Shown here piece after piece: positions 12,202 to 26,173 of a stretch of 64,000 bases of DNA; position 1 is the first letter of the stretch; every line of letters starts with the position of its first letter. The notes under the pieces were generated by a model that saw only the letters and a program-made list of their open reading frames with translations, ran no database searches and was not told where the DNA came from. The stretch is taken from positions 690,362-754,361 of the forward strand of contig MCFH01000023.1 in assembly GCA_002104945.1 (NCBI GenBank). The letters are read 5' to 3'. The stretch comes from Piromyces finnis finn (taxonomy: Eukaryota > Fungi > Neocallimastigomycota). A program made the translations under genes and the position numbers.

Positions 12202-14837
12202 TTATAAATAATAAGATTTTGAAAATTCATGGGTTAATATTATGGCTGTTACAAGAATTAATGTAGTTGCAATTGTCCATAAGGTAATTCGTTGGGATAA
12301 ATAATTTCCAATAATATCCGCTTTTTCTTGTATTTTCTTGAGATGATCGTTTTTGGAATTTGGAGTAGCCATAGTTTTTTCTAGGTTTAGTCTTTCCTCT
12401 TCCTTTAATAATTTTACAATTTCTTCTTTGTTAAATGGTTTATTTGGTAATATCTTTTCACAATCATCAAAGTATCTTTTAACACAACAGAGTGGATTTA
12501 ATTTTATTGATTCTTTTTTCATTAAGAAACTTACTGGAAATTGTTCATATAAATTCCATGCTAATTCAATGGCTCCATCAACTGTAACATCCTTTGTTTG
12601 TGTTGCTATTGGTAAAAGATTGGTTAAAAATTGATGAACGACCGAAAAGTTTGGCATTGATGTTTCAGGATCATTTTCATCTTCTTCATTGTTTGCTTCT
12701 TCATTTAATATTTGTGGGAATCTCTTATATAGTTGATCTTTTTGAGCTAATATTACAGCTGCTGCGAAATAAATAGGCATTATTGGATTATTTGATATGA
12801 AAAAATCAAAGATTCTTTCCATTTCAGAGGTATCTCTTAAATCATGGATACACCAGGTGATAACCCATGAAATTGAAAAATATGGTGGAATCATATTGTT
12901 ATATACTAATTTATATATTTTTGGATCAGCATATTTTAGGATTGGATATAAAAGAGACATAACTTCTAAAGTTGGTTCTAGTGTTTCTTTCATATATTCT
13001 CTAAGCCAATATAAAGCTAAAACTTCAGCACAAGATTTTGCAATATCTTCACCTAAAACTAATAAAAGTAAGCTGCATATGTCATGATATCCTTGATAGT
13101 AATGTAAATATGAATGATCTTTTAATGAATACATAATAACATTTGATAATTCAATTTGCTTTATAGTTTTTTCCTTTGCTTTTAAACCTATTTATTTTTC
13201 AAGTTTGATAAATAAAGAATAAATGAATAATTATGAATGATAATACATAATTAATTTATTAGTATTAATATTTATTATTTTTATTTTTAATATTATAAAA
13301 TAGAATATACCTTTTGGAAAATGAACAAATGCTCTATTAACATCTAACATAATTTGTCTTTTATCTCTATATTCTATTTATTATTATTATTATTATTATT
13401 ATTTTATTTGATTTAAAACAAAAAGCAAAATAAAGCAAAAATAATTTTTAATAAATTTTATTTTGTAAAGATTTTTATCATATTTTTATGTTTTTGTATA
13501 CTTACTACTTTCATTTTCTATCTGTTTTAATTTATCCATACGATCTGGATCGTCATCTTCATCTTCATTTTCTAATATTAAATTTTTAGCTATAATTTTT
13601 TTTGTTTCTTCATTTTCTTTAATTTCTTGTTCATCTTCTAAAAGATTTAAACTACTACAACTACTATCAAAAATACCTTTATTTTCTTCATTATCGTTAT
13701 AATAGCTTGAATGTATTTCATTTAATTTTACATCTAAATCACCTTCAAATAACACATCATCACCATCATCATCAGTATGATTATTTTCAGTAAAATCTTC
13801 ATTATTATTATTATTATTATTTGATGTTGTATTTTCTTGAACAATATTTTCAATGTTTTCATTATTTTCATCTTTTAAAGTTTCTGAATTTAAATCATCT
13901 TGTAATTCATGTATTTCTTTATTATTTTGTATTTTATTATTAACATCTTTATCATTTTTTATTTTTGATTCACCATCATTGTTTTCATTAGAATTACTAT
14001 GTTCGTTTTCATTAACATTAACATCCTGGATTTCAATTGGCTTCTGTTCGTTAGTTTCTTTTTCACTTTGTTTAATTTCTTCTTTTTCTTGTTGCTGTTG
14101 TTCTATTGATCCATTTTTAGATTCAGCTATGGCTAAATTATTGTCTATTTTATTAACATTATCAATTTTCTCATTTTCTTCAACATTTTTGGTTTCATTA
14201 TTATCCAATTTCTCATTATCATTTTGTTCATCAATTGTGTTTGAATTATCTGTATTATTTTTAATGTTTTTAATTAGTAATTATATTGTAATATTGAATA
14301 TTTTCATAATAAATGTTAAGATAGAGAAAATATATTAAAAAAATAAATAATAAAATTTATTAATCTATTATATATATATTTTTTTAACAAAATTTAAAAA
14401 TATTAGTTAATTATAATTATACCTTTTGTTATGTTCTCATTATTTATCAATGTGTCAAAATTCTCTTTTATATCTTTGTCAATTTCATCTTTTATATTTT
14501 TTTCTGAATCTGTTGAAGTTACTCGTTTTTCGATAGAATTTTGTTGTTCATTCTCAGTTTTACTTGAGTTTTCAGTTTCATTTTTATTACTAATAATTTC
14601 TTCATTGTTTTTTGATATTATTTCATTTTTTTCAGATATACGAATTTTTGATACATCTACATGAAGCAAAAAAGGCCAACATAATTTTCTTAATTCACTT
14701 GTTACAAATCCACCTTCTGTCTTTGATAGATTGCGTAAACCATTTATATCATTATTTTTTAAGGCTTCTCGAATTTCAGAAATTTTATTTTTTTGCTTTT
14801 CACTGAGATTTTGTTTTCTATTCCTTAAAGAAATCAT
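12202..14837 (-). CDS. GYP8: TBC-domain Rab GAP, TBC1D20/Gyp8-like (4 exons)
   Basis: Motifs 'GGFVTSELRKLCWPFLL', 'QIMLDVNRAFVHFP' (arginine finger) and 'LHYYQGYHDI' (glutamine finger), plus a C-terminal hydrophobic tail anchor (ITLWTIATTLILVTAIIL). Phase-consistent introns at about 14416-14263, 13509-13376 and 13311-13186. Confidence 0.9.
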
Positions 14838-16861
14838 TACCGCTATTATTATTACTGTTATTATTATTTAATGTACTAATATATAAATAAAGTAAAAAAA
14901 AAATATGTTTTTTTTTAAATGATTTATTTAAACTAAATTATTATACTTTATATATATATATAATATATAAAAAGTTATTTTTTTTAATTTAAAATTAATA
15001 AATTTCTTTTATATACTATTATACAGTACTTTTTATTTTAAATTTTTATTCTTTATAATAATTTATTTCATAATTTAATTTAGAATATTTTTAGTTTAAA
15101 AAAAGAAAAGACTTTTATAAAATTTTTTATTTATTACAATAAACTGTGTAAATTATACATATAAATCTTTATATTAATTTTTATGTAATACATTATTTAA
15201 TTAAATTAATTTAGTAAATGGATAAATAAATAAATATTTAAATGTATAGATAATTATTAAAATAAATAAATTATTAATTAAAAAATTAATTTTATATATA
15301 ATTATTTCAATGAAAAATTAAATAAATATTATATCATTAATACATTTTATGCTAATTTATATTTTTCATAATTCATGGTTAATTGATAATTTTTATATTA
15401 ATTAAATTTTAGCATATCGAGATTTATTTTATTTACAATAGAGCATCACTATAATCTCGAAAATTATAAAACCTAAATTAATATCTATTTAAATTTTTAA
15501 ATAGTTAATTAATGTAATACATATTAATGAAATATTATGAATTCATAATTAAATAATTGAAAATTAACATTATTTTTATAAAGTATTAATTATTCAAATT
15601 TAATTATACTAATTAATACTATAATAAAGATATAATCATTAATACTAAATCTAATATATTTTAGGAAAGAAAAAAAAAATTGATATTTAAAAGTAATCCT
15701 TAATAGTAGTAATAAAAAATTTTCATTGAAAAACTTAAACTTTTTATTCAATTATTATACATATCACATGATTTTCTTATATTTTATTTATTTTGAACAT
15801 AAACCTTATTTATAATTATTTAATACATATAAATTATATGTATATTTTACCACATAAAAATGTATAATTTGGTAATGTTGGCATATTAATTTAATTAAAA
15901 CAGTGTAACATTATTTATATTTTATTAATTAGAAGAACGATACATTCATAATATATTTAAGGTAGATTATTAACTTCATTTTAAAATATTACTTTTTTTT
16001 TTTAATTTTGAATATAAAAAACAGTATTATAAAAACATTTATTCTTTAGTATGAAAAAAAGAAAACTTTACAGTCATTTTAAAATTAAAGTTTTTATGTT
16101 TTCTTATATAAATTAATAAATTATTAATTAAATTACCCAATCACAAATTGACCGTTGACTTTACCATGAAATTTTCAAAATTAAATTTTTATATGATATT
16201 AATTAATTTAATATTAATATTATTTAATAATAATAATTAAAAAATATATTTTATCACAAAGCAAAAAAAAAAAACATTAACAACAAACATATTAAGCAGA
16301 ACATAAACAAAAAGTAAAAGTGATAAAATATAGAAGTAAAAATAAATAATGCAATAATACATATGAATAAAGAAAAAAAACAATGAACAAATATTTTTAT
16401 GTATAAAAAATATAATAGTAAAAAAATATTTATTTAATAATTATTATTTAAATACTAATTATACATTATAGATAATAGAATAGAAAAGAAATTTATAGTA
16501 AATATATTATAGTTTTCTCAATAATGTTTATTAATTAAATTAACAATAATAATATTAATATTTTAATAAGTAAATTTACTGATAGTTTTATAACGCAAAT
16601 AATTAACAATAAACAAAATTAGTAGTAAAATCAAGATAATTAAATACCTATAAAAAAATAAAATAAATTACATAACAATAAAGGTAATAAATAAAACAAC
16701 AATAACAACAATAATAATATAGAAAATTGAAACAAATAAACAAAAAAGCAAGAACGAATAATTAAAAAGTTTCTTATTATTTATAGTATCCAAAAAAAGA
16801 ATAATTATACAGTTTTCTTAATTTATAATATCCAAAAATAGAATAATTATAATTAATAAAA

Positions 16862-18861
16862 ATGGATAACCATGAATATGAAACATTAAATGGTGATGAT
16901 AATTTTGAATTAAATGATTTAAGTGAAATTAAACCAAATATATCAAAATCAAAAAATGAAACGGGAACTGTGTTTTCAAGTATAATTACATTATCAAATA
17001 CTTTATTAGGTTCAGGAATGTTAGCTATGGTAAATAAATATATATATAAAAAGAATATAAAATATTTAATTTAATATATATAATGTAAATAAAAAAAAAA
17101 AAAGAAAGAAAAATTAATATGAATGAATAAATAATAAATAATAACCATAGCCAGCGGCATTTGCATCTTCAGGTTTATATATGGGAATTTTAAATATAGC
17201 GATTTTTGGTGGTGGTGCACTATATGGTTTGTGGTTATTAACTCGTTGTGCAACATATACTGGAAGAAATTCATCATTCTTTTCACTATCTATGATTACG
17301 TTTCCAAATGCAAGCATATTCTTTGATTTAGCTATATCAATCAAATGCTTTGGTGTTAGTGTTTCATATTTAATCATTGTGGGAGATCTTGTAAATATTT
17401 AATTATTGACATTTTTTATTAATATATTATAATTTTCTATTATTCATGAATTACTATAATTAGCTATAATTTATTAATAATATAATAATGTATTTTATTT
17501 ATATTATCTTCCATAGATGCCTATTGTCACAATAGGATTATTTCCAAGTGTTCCAATGAATTCAGTATTGTTAACAAGAGAATTTTGGATTACAGTTTCT
17601 GTATTACTTATTATACCATTAGCTTTTATGAGAGTAATTATTAATAATATAGTATATAATAATTATAAAAAAAAAAATTTTTTTTCTTTAATAAAAGGTC
17701 AACTAAAATTCATTATTAATTTTTATTTTATTTTTATAGAAATTGGATTCTATGCGTCATACATCATTTATTTCTTTATTGGCTATATTATACCTTTTCT
17801 TTATTGTTATATATTATTATTTTATCCCATTCCGTACAAATGAGGTACAACTTCGTCGTGATCTAAGTAAAGATACAGTTCCTGAATTAAATCCATCATA
17901 CCCTGTGAATCCTAAAGTAGAAAACTTTATATTTTCAATGAATTTCTTTAAAAATTTACCAATCTTTGTTTTCGCATTTACATGCCATCAAAATGTAAGT
18001 ATCAATATCGGTTGATCGAAAATGAAAATAAATTATATAAATAGTTAATAATTACCAAAAAAAAAAAAAAAAAAATTTATTTGTATATAAATCTAGATCC
18101 TTTCAGTTTATAATGAAATGAAAGATAATTCTCAAAAAAATGTAAACAAGGTTATTTCATCTTCAATTGTATTTGGAATGATATTATATTGGGTAGTTGG
18201 TATTTATGGTTATTTAACATTTGGCGATCAAACTGAATCAAATGTTATTTCAATGTGTAAGTAAAATTTAAAATATTTTTTGATTGTAGAAAAAATGAAA
18301 ATATTTATTATTATTATTAATATAAACTTTTTAAAAAAATTAAATATATTTTTAGACCCAGCATCAAGTTATATTATATTATTTGGACAACTTTCAATGG
18401 TTATTATGGTTATGCTTAGTTATCCATTACAAATGTTTCCATGTAGATTATCATTGGATAAAGTATTTTATAATTTGAAAAGAATACTTAATTTTAATAA
18501 TGAAGGTAGAAGTCTTATTAATCCAACAGAGACATCTTATATGACCGCAAACCCAAGTAATCATTCTGAACCTATGTCAGATAAAAAATTCTTTTTTATG
18601 ACTCTTTCTATTTTAGTATGTTCTTACGTTTTAGCTTGTTCTGTTAAAACGTTAGGTATTGTTTTGTCTATTGTTGGTGCTACTGGTTCTACTATGATTT
18701 GTTATATTTTACCAGGCATTCTTTATTATAAATTAGAAACTGAAAATAATCATATGGCTCACAGAAAGAATAATAGAACTGTATACACCGCTTTATTTAT
18801 GTTTATTATTGGTATTGTACTTATGGTTGTATGTTTATTATCCATTTTCTTATTTGATTAA
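16862..18861 (+). CDS. Amino acid transporter, Aa_trans/SLC38 family, AVT5/6/7-like (6 exons)
   Basis: Motifs 'SSIITLSNTLLGSGMLAMPAAF', 'AISIKCFGVSVSYLIIVGDL', 'PIFVFAFTCHQN', 'SYPLQMFPCR' and 'VGATGSTMICYILPG' across ORFs 16862, 17181, 17517, 17743 and 18280, joined by GT-AG introns. Confidence 0.9.
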
Positions 18862-19628
18862 GAAAAAAAAAAAAAGTAATTTCTTCAGTAAATCAATCAA
18901 TTTATTAATTTAGGTCATACTAATAATTCTTATTTTATTAAAAATAATATACATAAAGCAGTATGATATATATCAATATTAATTTTCCCATTATTTCTAC
19001 AAAGTATTATAAAATATTGGAAAATTAATTAAAAATATAGAAATAATAATAAAAAAAGAAAATTATAAATAATTTTTTATGTATATATATTTATTAATAT
19101 ATATAAATTAAAAAAAAAAAAAAATTAAATATAAAATAAATAACAGTTACTACTAATAATAGTTATGAAAATAATAATTCTTTTAGAAATAGTATTTTCA
19201 AAAAATAAAATATATATATAATAATCATATTATCTATTTAAAATAATTAATAAATCAAAAGCTAAACATTTAAATCTATTCTGTTATTACAATTATAAAA
19301 ATTTCCTTTTAACAATAAAAAATTATTTTATATGTATTATATTGTAAAATAAAAAAAAACTTTTATGTTTTATGATAAATAGAATTAATTTGATATGCAA
19401 ATTAAATCAATTAAAACTAAATACAATTTTATTATTATTATTATTTTTTTTATTTTAAGGAAAGATAAGTGAAAATATTTATATTTTGAATAAATAATCT
19501 ATTAAAGTATGATCTAAAAATCTGTACTTTGTTTTGGAATTTATTTAGTTACCAAAAAAAAAAAAAAAAAACTCAAGTTTTATAGTTGAATTACATATAT
19601 TCAATATATAAAACTGTCATAAAAATCC

Positions 19629-19659
<31 letters not shown>

Positions 19660-19849
19660 TTTTTATTTTTCAATCTTTGTAATTTATATATATATATTTA
19701 CAAATATTCAGAATATTGCAATTTTTATATGTATTATATATTATATATATTGATTCAATAGAAAAATTATTCTATATATACTATATAAATCATTTATATA
19801 TATTGTTTTAATAATAAAGCATTATGAATAATTTTAAGTTTTTATTTTA

Positions 19850-21086
19850 TTAGGATATATTATTTTCCGGTGATTCATTATTCAATACAGAAAATGACAT
19901 TTCTTTTTCTTTATCAAGTGAATTATTTGAATTTTTTATTGATATTGAATTGGTATTTGTAGTATCATTATTATTATCTTCATTATTATTTATACTATTA
20001 TTAGAATATTTAGATGTCATTATTGATTTTTGATTATCATTAGATGTTTCTTCATCATCATCATGAAGTGACCTAGTTTGGTCAGTTGATGAAATCGAAT
20101 TTTGATATTCAAAAAAATTGGCATATTGATTTATTTTTTCTTCTTCCTCGTTTATGCTTTTTCCATTACCAATTAAAATTTTATATGGTTCTTTAATAAA
20201 GAAACATTCTGAGTAAGGATTCATATTCTGTGTTTTTCTTATTTCATTGGTATCTTGATTCAATGAATCATTATAACCGAGTTTACTCTCATTGTTAATA
20301 ATACTATTTACCCCAAAACTAATTTTTTTTATTTTCTTTTCTTCTTGTTGATTAGATTTTAGTATCATTAGTTCATTTTTATCATTGCTATTATCACAGC
20401 TTAGAGACTTTTTTTTTTTTTAATTTAGTTGTTTACAATTTTTTAAAGGAGTATGAAAAATACAATAATATAATAAGTAAAAAAACCGTTCTTTATCAAT
20501 ATATTAATATCTTTATATATTTATAAAATATTCATATAATATTTATATACATTAATTATTTTAGATGAATTTATCATTCCGTCATTAGTATGATCATTAA
20601 TAAATACATCACCAAGTGTTGCTTGAATTTGTTGTAGCCATGGTCTATTTACTATGTTGATTTTTACATATATAAATTATAATGAAGTTTATTATTTTTA
20701 ATTATTATTTCAATGTTAATTTCTTTATAAATTAAGAAATTTATCTTTACAAACTCTATGTTCTACAAGTTTATCATTTACTGGAATATAAGGTTCTAAG
20801 TCAAGTTCATGAGGTGTCTGTTAATAATATATATAATGAGAAAATGTTTAAAATAAACATAATATATAAATTTTTCTAAATAATTATATTATATGCTTTT
20901 TTTAATATTACAGGCTTAATATCTTCAAATCTATTAGTTTTTGAACGAAATCCTACTGAACTATAATTATTGTTTTTTGGTTCATATTTTATAGGATAAT
21001 AAAAATCTTGTGGTTCATATTTTTCTTTTTTCTAATGAAATATTAAATAATTTTTTAAAAATATTAATATATTTTTATATACCCAT
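19850..21086 (-). CDS. Hypothetical protein (multi-exon; exon model tentative)
   Basis: Chain of phase-compatible exons: ATG G|gt at 21086-21083, 'EKEKYEPQDFYYPIKYEP...SVGFRSKTNRFEDIKP', 'TPHELDLEPYIPVNDKLVEHR', 'NRPWLQQIQATLGDVFINDH', then terminal ORF 19850..20368. No family recognised. Confidence 0.45.
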
Positions 21087-22035
21087 AATAATAAAAAAAA
21101 AAAAAAAATCAATATTTTAAATAGTTAACAGTAGAAAAAAAATATGATTGTTATTCTATTAGATAAGATTCGAACATTTGATTTTGATGTTAATAATGGT
21201 AAAAAATTGTCCCTTTTGGTATTATATAAATTGGAATATTTATAAGAATTTTTCATTTTTAAATCCTCGATAATTTACAGAATAATTAAAAATTATGTAT
21301 TATATATATATAATATATTTGTTTATAAACATTTTTTTATTGAAATTTTATAATATTCGCTATATATAAAAAAAGATATTAAAATATAATATATAAAAAA
21401 CACATATTATTAATAAAATTGAATATACCTTGAATATAAAAAGTGATATTGAATAACTGAATAGAATATATATATTAAATAAATTAATAATTTATATTAT
21501 TTAATTTAGTAATTTCCTTTTTTAGCTTTCTCAATATTTGTCTCCATAATTTATAATTAAAAAAAAAAAAATAAAAAAAAAACAAACTTTATTTGATTTT
21601 TTATTAATAAAATAATTTCATATACAATATTAATTATAATAATAATAATAAAAAAAACATTATATTATGATGTATATATGAAATATTAATAAAAAATCAA
21701 ATGAAAGAATTAATTTTTTATTTATCAAAGTATTTTTATTTTATTTTCATTGTAAGAAGACTTTTTAAAAAGTATAATTAAATACCCATAACAAAGAAAA
21801 ATATAAAAAATTTTTATAAATAAATAAATATTATTATGTATTTATTATTATTATGATAAAAATAATATAATTTTCATAAAATACATCATATATGAATTTT
21901 TTTTTTTTAAATTATTAGTATTTAATAATACTATGAATACTTTTACATTATTACTTTAATAAAAGAATTAACTTTTACACTAAAAATAAATTAATTGAAA
22001 AAATAGTAGTTTGATTTCCTTAATTTACATTATTA

Positions 22036-22066
<31 letters not shown>

Positions 22067-22088
22067 TTTTTTTTTTTTTTTTTGATTA

Positions 22089-22848
22089 TTAATCTAAATT
22101 AATTTCTGTAAGTACATTCTGTGTTTGAGTAACAGAACTTAAATTATCATCTTTATTTTTTTCAGATAATAAATTTTGGGTATGTTCACTGAGTTCATAA
22201 ATATTTTGTTTATTGGGTTTAGTCGTTTGAAGTTCAGTTAGATTTATTTCATCCATTAAATCGTTTAAATCAGTATCTTCTAAAAATGTACTATTACTCA
22301 TAATACTATCTTCTTGATTCAATGTTTGAGATAATGATAATGAATTAATTTTTGTATCAGATGAATCTAATTTATTATTGCTTGTTGAATTTATATTATT
22401 TATACTATTTGAATCATTTGATGTTGGATAAAGATTTAAAGAAAATTCAGAATTTGTTTTGGTTTTTAGTGTTGTTGGAGAATAAAGATTATTATAAAAT
22501 CTTGATTCTAATGATATTGAACTTCTTTTAGATATATTATCATAAATTTTTTTCTTTTCAGTTAATAACGAATTTTCTTTTTTAAGTCTTTCAATTTCCG
22601 TTGTGAAACCCAAGGAGTCACTCTAATAAAATAAATAATTGTATAAATAATAAAAAATATATATTATTTTATTTATTAATTAATATATAAAATAATTTTA
22701 TACAATTTTATAATTTTTAATAATAACTACCTTTAGTGTATTATATTTTTTTTCAATTTCATTATAATATTCAGTTTTTGTTTCCAATTGCTCTTTTATA
22801 TTTATTATTTGTGCTTTTAAATCAATTGATTCTGAATTCTAATAGCGG

Positions 22849-22879
<31 letters not shown>

Positions 22880-24314
22880 CATATATATTAAATATTAATA
22901 TCTCTTTCTTTTCTTTGATATATATATATATGGAATGAAAAAAAAAAAAAAAAAAAAATTGGATAAATATATTTATTTGAATATACTTACTTTTATTCTT
23001 AATTTATCCTCTAATTCTGAAACTTTTTTTTCTAAGGCCCAATTAGTTGATGTAGCAGAAGTTAATTTTTCCTTTTCATCAGCTAACAAATCAGTTTGTC
23101 TTGTTAATTCTGTTTGAAGTATACCTACTTCATCTTCTAATTCTTTTATCTTTATATATAGTAATAATAATTTAAGAGAGAGTTTACATAAAAAATTATT
23201 TATTTATTTTTATTAATTTATTACCCTTTCTAAATATTCATCAGTCTCTTTTTCATTTGTTTTTCTAATATGTTCTAATTCTTGTAAATGTTGAATATTT
23301 GCCTTGATATTTTTTTATATTGTTTTTATTCAATTATTTGTATATAAATGTCAATACAATAAATTTAATCTACAAAAATAAATATAATTATTTTTTTTTT
23401 TTAAAAAATAAAATTACATTTTCTTGTCTTATCGTAAAATGTTCTTCTAACCAAGCAACCTTTGATACATATTCTTTTATTTGATCTTTAAAGTCAATTC
23501 ATTGTTATTATAATATTATAATATAAGAAATATTTAATAACAAAAATATTGTTTTATTTTTCTAAATTTATAGTTCTTGTTTTATATATACTAACTTTTC
23601 AAAAAATTGTTTTCTTCTCTTAAATCAATCATTTTTTGTTGATATATCATAAGAGATTCATCTGAATTGTCAAGAACTATAATTTCAGGTTCGTTAACAT
23701 TTTCATTATCCTTGGATTCTTTGTTAACTTCGTCCTATATTAAGTTAAATTGAAAATAATTATTAATTAAATTATTGAATATAGTGGAAATCTTTAATTT
23801 ATATTTGTGAATAATATATTGATAATTTTTAAATATTGTAAAAAAAATAAATTAATAATTTCGAATTAACATTGTAATATTCCTTACTTTTAAGGGTACA
23901 TTAAATGAAGGAATTAATTTAAATAATGAATTTATTGAATTTTCAATTTTAATATCCGGTAATAATGACTTATTTAAACTGAAAGATATTTTTCTTTCAT
24001 GAATATCTTTTTTGGTTTTTTGGTCTTCTTTAGTTTGAGTATTTTTCCCGCTATTTTCATTTTTATTATTTTTATTTTCCATGTTATTATTTTCTGAATT
24101 TTCAACTTTCATTTCAGTTGTTTTATCTTTTATGTATATATTATGTATAATAATTAATATATATATAAATATTTTTTAAGTAATTTTAAAATTTTGAATT
24201 TAAATTTAACAAAATACCCATATCTTCATTTTGAGTAATAGATTCCTTTTTATCTTTTTCCTTTGTGTCTTTATTCATTACCATCCCTTTTCTTAATCTT
24301 TCCAAGGTAATCAT
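22089..24314 (-). CDS. Unknown coiled-coil protein (about 8 exons)
   Basis: ATG 24314 (MITLERLRKGMVMNKD), then ORF 23852..24112, heptad-rich exons ('IYQQKMIDLREENNFLK', 'IKELEDEVGILQTELTRQ', 'ALEKKVSELEDKL') and terminal ORF 22089..22613. Confidence 0.65.
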
Positions 24315-25870
24315 TTTATTTTATTGCCATTAAAAGTTACAAAATTTTATTATATTTTAATATTATTTATATTAAAGTTAAATGATAGCTTATGTTGAAT
24401 TTTTTGGAATTATTAATATAAATACAATAATATTAATGTAATGCTTATTGAATAATTTTATTATTTTCAATATTAGAAAAAAAAAAAATAAATATATTAG
24501 ATTTCCATAAATTCAATTAGTAGAGAAGAAAAAAAATATATATATAAAATTATAAAATTTAAAAAGAACATTACTATATTATTAAATTTATATATATTTT
24601 AATATATATTTTAAGGATTAATTTTAATAAAAGTGACAATATATTAAAAGAAAAAATTAATATAATATTATTTAAATTAATTAATATACATATATTTAGA
24701 ATTTTAATTTTTAAAAATTTTTAAAATCTTGAGACTTGAATTTATATTTTTAATACGTTTCTATATTAGATGTTGGTTTTTCTTTTTTTTTTAATTATAA
24801 TGAATAAATATTTTTTAATTCAAAATAATATAATTCATGAATAATGGTTATATATTATAAAAAAAGTTGACTTATTAAGCCATCCAGATTTTTTTTTTTA
24901 AAAAAAAAAGGCCTAAGCCATAACAAAAAAAAAAAAAATATATATAAATTATTAAGGAGTAAATTTAAAGAAGGGTCTTTTTATAAAACACAATAATACA
25001 ATATTACAGATTATAACTTTAAATAAATATTATGGTGCGTTAAAAGTAACAAAATTCTATATTCATTTTAGGTCTAAGATGTAAACGTTATCAATTTTAG
25101 TAATGAAATTTATTAATAACAACAATTTAATTCTTTTATAAAAAAAGATGTTTTTTACGAATTTTTATATTTAACTCTTATAATTTTTTTTTCTTTTTTT
25201 AAATAATTTTAAAGTTTAAAGTGTGACACTAAATCAATATAATATAATATATACAAATCATATATAAAGTATATATTATTAAACGGATTATCATTAAAAT
25301 TTTATAAATATTAGAATTTCTTTTTTTCATTTTCAAAATATTCTCAAAGTGTGATGACATTTAACGTGACAAATATGGTAATTCTGACATAATTTAGTTA
25401 AATTATATTTTCTAGTATCACTGCACCAAATGTTTATAATAGGATTATTGTTGCATATTTTAGAAACTATTATCACCAAAATTTATATTTTTAAATATTG
25501 TAAATATCAATTATTAAAATATATTCTTTTTCAAAGTTTATTACATATAGATAAATGTTTTTATTTTTTATAATGCTTTATTTATCATTTATTTATTTAT
25601 TAAATTTATATATTATATACAATAGCAATATAATATAACTAAAATGAAATTACATTTATTTTTATTCTATTTTAGTTTTATTATATTTATTGTTTTGAAA
25701 TAATTGTTTGGTATTATTGAATTTTATATTTATAAAAATTAATAATATTATATTTTAAAATTATCGTTTTACGAAAAATGTTTTTAATAATTTCAATTTT
25801 TAAATACTTTTAAAATTTTTTTTAATAATTTTGTTTAATTATTCTTAATATTAAACAATTTTTTTGTCAA

Positions 25871-26173
25871 TTAAATAGTTGGGATGTAAGTAGCAAATGT
25901 CTTTTTACAATGTTTGCACTTAATTTGCTTTTTAACATAACGGAAAAACAATGGAATACCAGTAAGCATCATTATCATACTTAATTTATCATATTCATGG
26001 ACAAATTCATGGCCCGATTTGTTTGAACTTTTACTACATATTTCATTTCTTACTTCTTCAGTAAGATGTTTCATTTCCATTTCTTTATTTAAAGTACCTT
26101 TGAGTTTTTGGTCATACATTGGATTCATTTGATCCTTTTCATTATTATGTGGGTTACTTGGATAAGCAGACAT
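25871..26173 (-). CDS. Small BRI3/LITAF-like membrane-associated zinc-binding protein (100 aa)
   Basis: Pattern C-x7-H, then hydrophobic 'LSMIMMLTGIPLFF', then 'KCKHCKKTF'. This resembles the brain protein I3 layout (C/H...hydrophobic hairpin...CxxC...F). True ATG start, single exon. Confidence 0.6.
   Translation of the reverse strand: MSAYPSNPHNNEKDQMNPMYDQKLKGTLNKEMEMKHLTEEVRNEICSKSSNKSGHEFVHEYDKLSMIMMLTGIPLFFRYVKKQIKCKHCKKTFATYIPTI

Noticed and set aside
15416-15460. Short inverted repeat TCGAGATT...AATCTCGA
   Set aside because: An 8-bp stem with no other support; insufficient for an RNA or element call.
25349-25390. C/D-box snoRNA (TGATGA...CTGA)
   Set aside because: The boxes span only about 37 nt, too short, with no second D box or convincing terminal stem.
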